This document shows, piece after piece, positions 55,757-64,000 of a stretch of DNA of 64,000 bases; positions within the stretch are counted from its first letter, which is position 1; every line of letters starts with the position of its first letter. The stretch lies in the sequence record NC_070882.1. The stretch is one strand, 5' to 3'. The position numbers and the translations under genes are program-made. The notes below the pieces were generated by a model that was given only the letters and a program-made list of their open reading frames with translations, was not told the DNA's origin and did not search any database.

Positions 55757-57652
55757 TTATACACTGATAGCTTCAACTTTAGACTGACGTGTTGTAATTA
55801 CACCTCCAGCAGCTACTACTACGTTACCCAATAGACCATACGCTGAATCGTAAATTACATCATTTGCGTCTGGTAGCTGTGTCCAACTATTATCGAGAGT
55901 GTTATATCTCCATAGGTCTTTCAAGTTACTATTACCGCCACCACCAGCAATATAAATATCTGTACCCGAAGACATCATCCCGAACCAGCTACGGGCAATG
56001 ACACTCGCTGGTGGAGCGGCTAACAGTGTCCATTCCCATGTACTCAAATCGAGTTTATACATGGATTTGGAATGACTACCTGAATATCCACCGAACAGGA
56101 ACAAAACATTATCTACAAGTGCCACACGATGGAATCGGAGGGGCGACGGTTTTGTACCTGAAGTTACCTGAGTTGACCAACTATTACCAGTGATATCATA
56201 GACGGCAAAATTCATAACTATATTGTTACTGTCTATGCCCTGGCCACCAAGGATGTAAATTTTTCCATCTTTATAGAAAGATGCATGTCCACTTCGACCA
56301 GCGGGGGTAGTTCCAGTGGGGGTTAACTTAGTCCATGTGTCAGTAGAAATCTCGTAACGCCAGAAATCATTATCACCTCGTGACTCGGTTTGGGAATTAC
56401 CACCAAACATGTAGATATATTTACCGTCGGTTGCAAGGGCGGTGTCGCTACGTTGCACAGGTTTAGCCTCGGTACCTTTCCCAAGAATAATCCATTTGTT
56501 AGACACGAGGTCGTAACGAATTAAGCTTGCTAAGCGAACACCACCGGGATCAGTAGAACCTCCATAGGTGTAAAGACTATTACCAATACTAAGGTACCCT
56601 GCCCCTCTGCGAGGTTCTGGCATTGGTGTACGTAGTACCCACTTATCACTTGGTGGTAACGGGGCAGGAAGAATGAACTTGTATATTTCTGTCTTCGTTT
56701 CTGCCTTTCTGCCGAATGGTGGGTTAGTCGAGCCCAATGGAATTGAACATCCACCAATCAGATAAAGCTCTCCTTTATTACCAATCACACCGGTCGCGTT
56801 GCGATAACTAATGTCTGTATCAAAACGAATAAATCTCTTACCGGATACATCATAGCGAACTGCACCGAGTTTACCACCGCTCCAACTAATATAACTGAAG
56901 ATACCTTCATGGTAGTGACCGGCGCCCTGGTTACCACCATGATATTCGGTAGGTAATATATCATACACTTCCCATAATTGTGTAGAAATCGACATTCTCA
57001 TAATTGTCGTCATTGCTGTCCCAGCGTCGAATTTTGCCAGGTGATCCGGATTTGATGCAACACTGGATCCCCAACCACCCATCACGTAAATGTAGCCTTT
57101 ATGCTTGAATATAAAAGCACCACTTAGACTAGCAGCAGGGAAGCCCTTCGGGCTGTTTTGATAGACACCAGCGGTTGTGTAATAACCGAATTGATTACTA
57201 TCGTGGTATTGGACGTAGATTCTGTTGTTATCTTCGTCAAATACCGTGGCGTTACCATAGTTAGAACGAGGTGAAGACCAACCAAGATTAACTATAGTTT
57301 CCGCAGACGCGTCCATGGCATGGACTATGCTAGAGCTCCAGCTACCATTAGACCTACCATTAAATAAATAAACTCTGCCAGTTCGTGGATCTTGCGCTGG
57401 ATTCGTATGATAGATGTAGTTGCTTAAATTCTTATTATTCTCAAACGTACCATCTAATTTAAACCTGCGTAGTCCGGGATCACTAGAACTAACATCTGTT
57501 CCGCCACCCTTAATGAATAGTTTATCATTCCAAATATAAGGGATAGAACCATGTAACGGAATATCCAGGTCAGCTATTTTTTCATAACCGATATATTGTA
57601 CTAATTCAACTGGCCTTATTTTACCACTAGTTGCTAATAGTAATTCAAACAT
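55757..57652 (-). CDS. double Kelch beta-propeller protein
   Basis: About 12 Kelch-type repeats (IYVMGGW, LYTYGGS, IYMFGGN, IYILGGQ, LFLFGGY, IYIAGGG). Confidence 0.9.
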   Translation of the reverse strand: MFELLLATSGKIRPVELVQYIGYEKIADLDIPLHGSIPYIWNDKLFIKGGGTDVSSSDPGLRRFKLDGTFENNKNLSNYIYHTNPAQDPRTGRVYLFNGRSNGSWSSSIVHAMDASAETIVNLGWSSPRSNYGNATVFDEDNNRIYVQYHDSNQFGYYTTAGVYQNSPKGFPAASLSGAFIFKHKGYIYVMGGWGSSVASNPDHLAKFDAGTAMTTIMRMSISTQLWEVYDILPTEYHGGNQGAGHYHEGIFSYISWSGGKLGAVRYDVSGKRFIRFDTDISYRNATGVIGNKGELYLIGGCSIPLGSTNPPFGRKAETKTEIYKFILPAPLPPSDKWVLRTPMPEPRRGAGYLSIGNSLYTYGGSTDPGGVRLASLIRYDLVSNKWIILGKGTEAKPVQRSDTALATDGKYIYMFGGNSQTESRGDNDFWRYEISTDTWTKLTPTGTTPAGRSGHASFYKDGKIYILGGQGIDSNNIVMNFAVYDITGNSWSTQVTSGTKPSPLRFHRVALVDNVLFLFGGYSGSHSKSMYKLDLSTWEWTLLAAPPASVIARSWFGMMSSGTDIYIAGGGGNSNLKDLWRYNTLDNSWTQLPDANDVIYDSAYGLLGNVVVAAGGVITTRQSKVEAISV

Positions 57653-57775
57653 GAGTGTGCTCTCAAGTAAACCATTTAGATCATAGGATAACCTTTGCGG
57701 TTCAGATATTTATTTTATTATCATAGACAGAATAATGCCTCCCCTATTTAAGGGAGGCATTATGCTTTATTAATT

Positions 57776-57852
57776 TGGTGGGTCCAGTAGGACTCGAACC
57801 TACGACCAAGCGATTATGAGTCGCCTGCTCTAACCAACTGAGCTATAGACCC
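57776..57852 (-). tRNA. tRNA with CAT anticodon, Ile2 type
   Basis: AGAGCAGGCGACTCATAATCGCTTGGTCG matches the enterobacterial tRNA-Ile2 (lysidine) body rather than Met. Confidence 0.85.
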
Positions 57853-57895
57853 TAATTCATTACCTACATATTAGTATACATAGGGATTTATAATA

Positions 57896-58243
57896 TCATG
57901 AACGGTCTGTCCAATGCTTAAAATAGTTACTGTCACTAGGGCGACCATGTTTAGTGAGAATATTTTTAAGTTCTTCACCAGACAACTTAATTCTATCGCC
58001 TACTTGACTATCCAGTTCAGGACAAGGTTCAGTCTTACGCGTGACGATTAAATTATCAGTCCCATCTTTGAAGATAAAGATAAACTGAGTTTCATTATCA
58101 CTAATCTTTTTCTTAACACAGTGCTTTACTTCTGGATGTTTCTTGTGGATAGCTACAAAAGATTCAACAAGAGTTAGTTTCATAAACTCAGGACTAACAA
58201 ATGTGAAATATACAGCGTTCTGCGTTGGGGTTAGATGATTCAT
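57896..58243 (-). CDS. hypothetical protein
   Basis: RBS GGAG. Confidence 0.7.
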   Translation of the reverse strand: MNHLTPTQNAVYFTFVSPEFMKLTLVESFVAIHKKHPEVKHCVKKKISDNETQFIFIFKDGTDNLIVTRKTEPCPELDSQVGDRIKLSGEELKNILTKHGRPSDSNYFKHWTDRS

Positions 58244-58245
58244 AT

Positions 58246-58551
58246 TTACTCCGTATGTTTGAGATAGGTTTCAACTGCTTTAAGACCTTTATTGAAGAAC
58301 ATGGCTTCAACATAAGTAATGTTACTTATACTCTCTTCGATAAGTTCCCATTTGATACAACGTGTAATAGCGTTGATTGTAATATCTAATCCGTTTGGGA
58401 ATAGGGTTACTTCATCAGTTAGGCGGATCCAATCGGGAGCTTTCGCTCCATTACGTAAGCGGGGACTAAACGTAAGATTGTAGAGTTTCTGCAATGGTTC
58501 TTTTAGTAGCGCTTTTTGTTCTTGATGTTCCATAATTTCTCTTAAAGACAT
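58246..58551 (-). CDS. hypothetical protein
   Basis: Fits the - strand run. Confidence 0.7.
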   Translation of the reverse strand: MSLREIMEHQEQKALLKEPLQKLYNLTFSPRLRNGAKAPDWIRLTDEVTLFPNGLDITINAITRCIKWELIEESISNITYVEAMFFNKGLKAVETYLKHTE

Positions 58552-58763
58552 TTGAAAATAAAAATAGAATACTCGTCAGGATTAGTAACTTTCAACGTAT
58601 TCTCCGTTCGTAGTATCTCGTATCCACGGTACTTGTTTTCTAAAATATCTAGACGCGAAATACACTGTGCTTTATTTTCAAACTGGATAGTCGATTCTTC
58701 TGTGGATGTAATTCCAAACAACCCCACGTGAATCGCTAAAACAAACATTGTCGCGATATTCAT
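58542..58763 (-). CDS. small exported or membrane protein
   Basis: Hydrophobic N-terminus MNIATMFVLAIHVGLFG; the longer ORF-track start overlaps tRNA-Pro. Confidence 0.6.
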   Translation of the reverse strand: MNIATMFVLAIHVGLFGITSTEESTIQFENKAQCISRLDILENKYRGYEILRTENTLKVTNPDEYSIFIFKCL

Positions 58764-58821
58764 GTCTATTATCTCGATACAATATAAAACCCCTCTATGA
58801 CAGAGGGGCTCTATATTTAAA

Positions 58822-58897
58822 TGGTCGGAGTGGAGAGACTCGAACTCCCGACATCCTGCTCCCAAAGCAGGCGCGCTACCAACTGCGCTACACTCCG
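58822..58897 (-). tRNA. tRNA-Pro(TGG)
   Basis: CGGAGTG acceptor, loop TTTGGGA, CCA. Confidence 0.95.
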
Positions 58898-58903
58898 TAA
58901 ATT

Positions 58904-58989
58904 TGGTACCCGGTGTCGGACTCGAACCGACACGGCTTTCGCCGAGAGATTTTAAGTCTCTTGTGTACTACCAATTTCACCAACCGGGC
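58904..58989 (-). tRNA. tRNA-Leu(TAA)
   Basis: Loop CTTAAAA, long variable arm, CCA. Confidence 0.93.
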
Positions 58990-59084
58990 ATTTCTTCTCT
59001 ATAAATAGAGACTCTTCAGTACTTTTCAACATAAAGCCTCCCGATGGGAGGCATTATGCTCATCAACACAACAAGGAGAAAGAT

Positions 59085-59229
59085 ACAACTTACCAACTGA
59101 AAGGAGGGGACCACAACAGGGAGTCTTACTTCCTAGAAGCCAGCTGGAAGGGTTGCTGGCTCCGGCGAGCTGTGGTCTATGTAAAAACGAGGAGTGACGT
59201 CTCTACATATCATTACATAGTGGGTAAGT
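59085..59229 (-). ncRNA. candidate small pseudoknotted ncRNA
   Basis: gaccaca/tgtggtc and agccagc/gctggct stems plus cttcc/ggaag loop pairing; strand inferred from context. Confidence 0.4.
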
Positions 59230-59957
59230 TATTCTTCATTGCTAATGAAGGCCATACGCTCTTCAATATTTTCTACTGCGATACTTTCTTCAAAGTTTTC
59301 AGTAGATACGCTAGTAAAACCATGTTCGGTATCTATCTGAGATAGACCGATTTGCATTAGTTTGCGTGCAGGTTGACTAAGACCATCAATGCCAGCTTGT
59401 TCGATGGCAGCTTTATAACCAGTTAAGGTAGCGAGAGAAGACATGTTCTTTTCCTCTTTTTTGTTTCTTACATGAATGAAAATTATTGGTCCTTCAGACT
59501 TATACATTTCAAAGCCTGGGGTTAGAATAATTTCATTATTAATATTTTTAGCTACATACCCACCACGAATAACCTTGCTAATATAGCTATTCAGACCAGC
59601 TCCACCATCTGCAAAGTATTTCATGTCCTGTAGTTGTATCTCAGTGATGCTCTTTAGTGTATAAAGATAAAACACTTCTCCACCGAATTCCACAAGCATC
59701 CAATCAGGACCATATTTGTAGCTCTTTACATTAGATCTACCGGAACGATTGTAATATGTCCACATATCGTCCGTATTATTAATAAGCTCGGTTATGGTGG
59801 GTGGCTGTATACCGTTATCAGAATCTGGCTCGACCCATACATCGTAAGGGCGATCAGCGCGCGGGTTATTGACCTCATCAAATAACTGATTGATTAGATC
59901 ATCCATTTCCGCTTCGAGAGATATCGCATATCGCAGCAAAAGGTTAATGTTAGGCAT
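59229..59957 (-). CDS. KTSC-like domain protein with S/A-x-E motifs
   Basis: SNVKSYKYGPDWMLVEF...YLY...GLNSYI; SLE, STE and AVE motifs. Confidence 0.55.
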   Translation of the reverse strand: MPNINLLLRYAISLEAEMDDLINQLFDEVNNPRADRPYDVWVEPDSDNGIQPPTITELINNTDDMWTYYNRSGRSNVKSYKYGPDWMLVEFGGEVFYLYTLKSITEIQLQDMKYFADGGAGLNSYISKVIRGGYVAKNINNEIILTPGFEMYKSEGPIIFIHVRNKKEEKNMSSLATLTGYKAAIEQAGIDGLSQPARKLMQIGLSQIDTEHGFTSVSTENFEESIAVENIEERMAFISNEE

Positions 59958-60014
59958 GGTTGTTACCTTTAGAATTGACATAACATAAAGCCCTCCCGAA
60001 GGAGGGCAGTATGA

Positions 60015-60428
60015 TTACATGACTTCACGGGTACCATCTACCATTTCAAGAACAGTGATCGTTTTACCGACCTCTGGTTTCTTGTTAACGATAGTTTGCA
60101 TTAGATGTTGCTTACCATCAGATTCGATAATCATCTTGCATTGGAATGTCTCTGTGGCACCCATCTCGTTTCCAACGGCGCCGCCAGCAGCACCTCCAAC
60201 GAGACCACCGATCCAACCACCAGATTTACCAAAGATAGCACGACCGAGCATTGCACCACCAACTGCGCCAGCTGTACCACCGACAGTCGCACCAACGATG
60301 CTATTATCTTTAGCAATCAGTTGACATTCAGATTGCCTTACGATACCAGTTGTAGAAGACTTGATCTCCCCCGCTGCGATCGTGGTAAGAGGGAACATCA
60401 GAGTTACAGCGAGAGCGATCTTTTTCAT
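60015..60428 (-). CDS. exported glycine-zipper protein
   Basis: Signal peptide; GATVGGTAGAVGGAMLG...GGLVGGAAGGAVG. Confidence 0.8.
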   Translation of the reverse strand: MKKIALAVTLMFPLTTIAAGEIKSSTTGIVRQSECQLIAKDNSIVGATVGGTAGAVGGAMLGRAIFGKSGGWIGGLVGGAAGGAVGNEMGATETFQCKMIIESDGKQHLMQTIVNKKPEVGKTITVLEMVDGTREVM

Positions 60429-61585
60429 TACAGGAAGTCCACATCAAACTCATCTTTCTCGCCACGAGTGTCAAGAAGGTTAACCATGTAGTCACCTTTC
60501 TCGGCTTCTTGCGGGGAGGCTTGGGTTGCAGAGATATCGAGATATTCAACCATGAATGGCAGAGGGTTATCTTCCGGGAATTCCAGAGGAACACCAGTCA
60601 GCTCCAGATATTCTGCCGAATGTTTCTCTAGGGTATCCGGAATGATGTTCAGGAAAGTACCGGCAGCATTACCGTTAAACAGTACCCACTGGAAAAGTTT
60701 CTGTGCGTTAACACCAGCAAGGCTACGACCTTCAGAGAACAGGTATTTAACCCAGGTAACTTCAGTACGGATGATTTCCCAGAACAGTTCGATGATCTGA
60801 GGTTTGCACTGCTCGTACGCAGTCATACCACGTTCGGTCTTCAACAGTGCCTTAATTACTTCTTGGCCATATTGTGCATGGATCTCGAATTCATCCTGGG
60901 CGATCTTCTTAACCGCTTCACCAATCTGCTGGAACAGGCCAGTTTTACAAATAGCGAAAGTCACTGCAAACGATGCCATGAACTGAATACGTTCCAGCAT
61001 ATAAAGAGCAATGAAGAACATGAAGATCTTATTGTAAGTCTCCTGGTTATTCGGTACTTGCTTCAATGCATAGGCGTGAGACGTGTCATGTGCTTCACCC
61101 ATTACACGGGCAACAGCGACCATACGTTCTTGTGCTTCTTCAACACGCAGGATCTCATCGAGGATAACGCGAGGATTCTTAAACGAACCCCTCACAATCT
61201 CGGAATAAGTAAGAGCATGAACGTCTTCGTTATCGTTGATTCGAACGTAACCTGTCCAGATCCTAGAGTCGGTCATTACCGGACCAAGAATATTCACAAT
61301 CGCTCGACTAGCTACAGAGTCAGCTTCCCATTGCCATGCAAGGGTCTTGATCATCATGTCGTAAGTCGATTTATTACATGTTTCAAATTCGATAAGGCAT
61401 TGTTGGAAATCGAATTCCAATTCGTCCCAGTCAAGCTTACGTAGACGTTTGTAGAGAGACCATGGTACAGGGAAGTGGGTATGAATAGAATCTAGGAGTC
61501 CAGGTTCTTGACCAAGGATAATTTCGGGTACGTCATAGTCAGTCTTTTCTACGTTAAAAATTTTCTTGGGGAGCTTGTCAGTCAT
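60428..61585 (-). CDS. nrdB: class Ia ribonucleotide reductase beta subunit
   Basis: QWEADS, NEDVHALTYS (radical Tyr), LERIQFMASF, QDEFEIH. Confidence 0.95.
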   Translation of the reverse strand: MTDKLPKKIFNVEKTDYDVPEIILGQEPGLLDSIHTHFPVPWSLYKRLRKLDWDELEFDFQQCLIEFETCNKSTYDMMIKTLAWQWEADSVASRAIVNILGPVMTDSRIWTGYVRINDNEDVHALTYSEIVRGSFKNPRVILDEILRVEEAQERMVAVARVMGEAHDTSHAYALKQVPNNQETYNKIFMFFIALYMLERIQFMASFAVTFAICKTGLFQQIGEAVKKIAQDEFEIHAQYGQEVIKALLKTERGMTAYEQCKPQIIELFWEIIRTEVTWVKYLFSEGRSLAGVNAQKLFQWVLFNGNAAGTFLNIIPDTLEKHSAEYLELTGVPLEFPEDNPLPFMVEYLDISATQASPQEAEKGDYMVNLLDTRGEKDEFDVDFL

Positions 61586-61714
61586 TTTCGTTTCCTTGTT
61601 AATATCAAGATTACTTACACTTGATATAGAACGTTAGTAATTCTTCTAATTATTAAAGTGATGTTAATGTTTGTTATCATAAAGCCCTCCCCTTTAGGAG
61701 AGGGCGATATGTCG

Positions 61715-64000
61715 TTACAGAGTACAAGCTCCACCAGCGCAACCTTTGGAACCATCGTTATTTTCAAACGCGGATTCTAATGCAGCAAGCGACAGATTAG
61801 CGGAAGTCTCGGTGTTCATGTAGTATCGAGTCTTCATACCAAGCTTAACCTGCAAGAAGTAGTCGCGAAGCATTTCGTTAGAGCTAATCTTCTCGTCGCC
61901 GATAATCCGACGATACAGGTCAGCAGAAATACCTTGGTCAGTCCACTTCTGGAAGATAGCGTAAGCTTCGATCATATCCTTAGTTGGAATATCGTAAGCA
62001 AGTTCATACTTGTACGCTTTATCATCACCAAACGGTGCAGCCCAGTTAATCAGGTTGTTATTGTCCGACTTGTTAATAACAAGACGACGAACCGGATAGA
62101 TCGAGTTAGCACCGCCTACTGCTTTAGAGGATGCTTCACCAGGCATATATGCAACGAGCACCGAGTGACCGATACCACCGTTAGCAATAATTTCCTTACG
62201 GAGTTTCTCCCAGTTATAAATGTTCTCAAACCCACCAGGTACGATTTCATCTACATTTCGCTTGTAGGTATCAAGAGGCAGCCAACCTTCAGGCCACAGA
62301 GTCTTATGCATCCATGGAGCAAGACCACGTTCTTTAGAGATACGCAGGGAAGCCTCGATCAGGTGATACATATGCCGTTCTGCAACAAAGTGCATTTCAC
62401 GCTTACCAGCCTCGGAAGAATATGCCAGACCTGCACGGGCCATATGAGTAGCAAGACCCATGATACCGACACCAGCGCTCATACGTTGCTTAGCAGTGAA
62501 GCCCAGGTGAGGGAAGGCGTATTCTGCGTTGAGAATACAGTAGTCAATCATCTTCAGTGCATAATAAGCAGCTTTACGATAAGTTGCTGCATCTGGGATA
62601 TTGTCAACAACAATAGCTGCCAGCGAGCAGGTAGCAATCTCACCTCGACCATGGTCTTCCTCAGAATAGAGATCACGCATGTCATAGTAAGGTTTGGTCG
62701 GTTCAGCAATTTCCATGCAGAGGTTCGAGCTATGAATCGGTTCTTTGAACGGGGTATGACGATTCATTTCATCGATTTGAGCAGTATATGCAACACCAGT
62801 TTCATAGGCTTCGTTAAGAACCGTTTTTAGAAGATCCCGTGCATCGATGTAGGTCTTAGCAAAGTTCGGATCGGCTTCATACTTTTCATAGAGCTCTTTG
62901 AACTTAGCTTGGTCTTTACCGTAGAATGCTTCGAACAGGTCAGGAGCAGTATACGGGTTAAATACGAACACCTTTTCATTCTTAGCTGCTTTAGCTGCGA
63001 ACAGAACGTTACCCATTGCTGCATAGTGAAGATCACGATTCTTACGGTCTTCGGTAGAGCGAGGGTTACGGAGTTGGGAAATCATATCAGCTTCTGGATC
63101 AAAGAGACTGTAGAAGCTAGTTACGGCGCCACCACGACCATTTTGCAGGTTAGCTCGAACAGCCTTACCCATTACGTCGATGTAAGGTTTCTTACCTTGG
63201 TGAACAATGAGACCGTTACGTACAGGATCTCCAACAGAACGAGACATGATGTTAACGCCAATACCAGCAGAGGACTGGGTCATGATGTTCGCGATGTAGT
63301 CTCCGATAGCCAGCGAAGTACCGTTATCACCAGAAGCGAAGAGGCAGCAAGAAGCAAAGCCCCGCAGTACAGTGCCAAGGTTAACGTAGTTAGGAGTCGG
63401 TGCCGACAGTTGTTTCTGAGAGAACAATTCATAATAGTTCTTCACATGTTCCAGTCGTTCAGCTTTAGGTTCTTTCTCAGAAAGAGCCATTGCCATCCGC
63501 ATGTAGGTAAACTGTTGAGTTTCATACTCTTTCCCAGATACGCGATTGCGCAGAGAGTATTTACCACGGATGTGATGAAGAGCGAAATGAGGAGAATTAA
63601 AATCGAGATCATGATCAATCATTTTCTGGACAGCTTGATACTCTTCATCACTGTAGTCAAGCTTGATCATTACTCCGTCTTCTTGCATTTTTGCATGAAG
63701 TTGTTTTACAGTCGGGATACCATCCAGACCATAAATTTTCTTACGCAGGAATACCGCGTATAGGCGGCCTGCCATCAGGTAATACGACCAGGTCTTACGA
63801 TTAAGACATTCTTCGATCAGCCAACCCTGGAACTCCTGAGATGTAACTTTCTTGGGTTTACCACTTACAGCACCGAGGACGATGCTACCCCAATCAACTT
63901 TGTTACCCAGTCGTGCAGCTGCCCATTCACCCCAACCATTAGCTTTCTCGTTATCGAAGGGTTGTTCAGTGCCATCCAGTTTGATAATAGTTTCAATCAT
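61715..64000 (-). CDS. nrdA: class Ia ribonucleotide reductase alpha subunit
   Basis: PTPNYVN, ASCC, SSNLCMEI, TCSLAA, GVGIMG, MPGEASS, KTRYY and C-terminal CAGGAC; ATG at the window edge. Confidence 0.97.
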   Translation of the reverse strand: MIETIIKLDGTEQPFDNEKANGWGEWAAARLGNKVDWGSIVLGAVSGKPKKVTSQEFQGWLIEECLNRKTWSYYLMAGRLYAVFLRKKIYGLDGIPTVKQLHAKMQEDGVMIKLDYSDEEYQAVQKMIDHDLDFNSPHFALHHIRGKYSLRNRVSGKEYETQQFTYMRMAMALSEKEPKAERLEHVKNYYELFSQKQLSAPTPNYVNLGTVLRGFASCCLFASGDNGTSLAIGDYIANIMTQSSAGIGVNIMSRSVGDPVRNGLIVHQGKKPYIDVMGKAVRANLQNGRGGAVTSFYSLFDPEADMISQLRNPRSTEDRKNRDLHYAAMGNVLFAAKAAKNEKVFVFNPYTAPDLFEAFYGKDQAKFKELYEKYEADPNFAKTYIDARDLLKTVLNEAYETGVAYTAQIDEMNRHTPFKEPIHSSNLCMEIAEPTKPYYDMRDLYSEEDHGRGEIATCSLAAIVVDNIPDAATYRKAAYYALKMIDYCILNAEYAFPHLGFTAKQRMSAGVGIMGLATHMARAGLAYSSEAGKREMHFVAERHMYHLIEASLRISKERGLAPWMHKTLWPEGWLPLDTYKRNVDEIVPGGFENIYNWEKLRKEIIANGGIGHSVLVAYMPGEASSKAVGGANSIYPVRRLVINKSDNNNLINWAAPFGDDKAYKYELAYDIPTKDMIEAYAIFQKWTDQGISADLYRRIIGDEKISSNEMLRDYFLQVKLGMKTRYYMNTETSANLSLAALESAFENNDGSKGCAGGACTL

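Noticed and set aside
57776-57852. tRNA-Met assignment
   Set aside because: The anticodon arm and flanks match tRNA-Ile2 (CAU read after lysidine modification) better than Met or fMet
60019-63763. Plus-strand ORFs over nrdA/nrdB (e.g. 61934-62830, 62909-63763)
   Set aside because: Shadow frames of conserved enzymes
60428-64000. Introns or inteins in nrdA/nrdB
   Set aside because: Both ORFs are uninterrupted and of normal length

Overview
This is a 64-kb segment of a large lytic dsDNA phage genome, most likely a phiKZ-like jumbo phage with a gammaproteobacterial host. That assignment is inferred from repeated TATATTAC early-promoter motifs, phiKZ-type virion-protein paralogs and an enterobacterial-type tRNA-Ile2; no chimallin, PhuZ or RNAP gene lies in the window. 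Bases 1-48.6 kb are a tightly packed + strand run of about 100 mostly small genes. It opens with an RNA-repair/NAD cluster: RlaP-like nucleotidyltransferase, intein-containing RtcB, a Prs-like plus Nampt-like pair (NARP1-like) and an ATP-dependent RNA ligase. Later genes include an HD alarmone-hydrolase-like protein, GNAT, SPFH, CX5R phosphatase, DUF4262, GIY-YIG-like, ART-like, Bcs1-like AAA+ and an Ntn-hydrolase-like protein, plus several tandem paralog groups. Bases 48.7-64 kb are on the - strand: seven tRNAs interleaved with Kelch beta-propeller and virion-type genes, then nrdB and nrdA. The strongest unexplained signals are several ORF-poor, helix-dense intergenic islands (46865-47235, 54437-54678, 45630-45826, 59085-59229, 1667-2015) that look like undescribed structured ncRNAs, and a family of about 22 CATA/TATG-armed hairpins, often next to early promoters, that divides the genome into cassettes. 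All folds were read by eye; no searches or folding programs were run.
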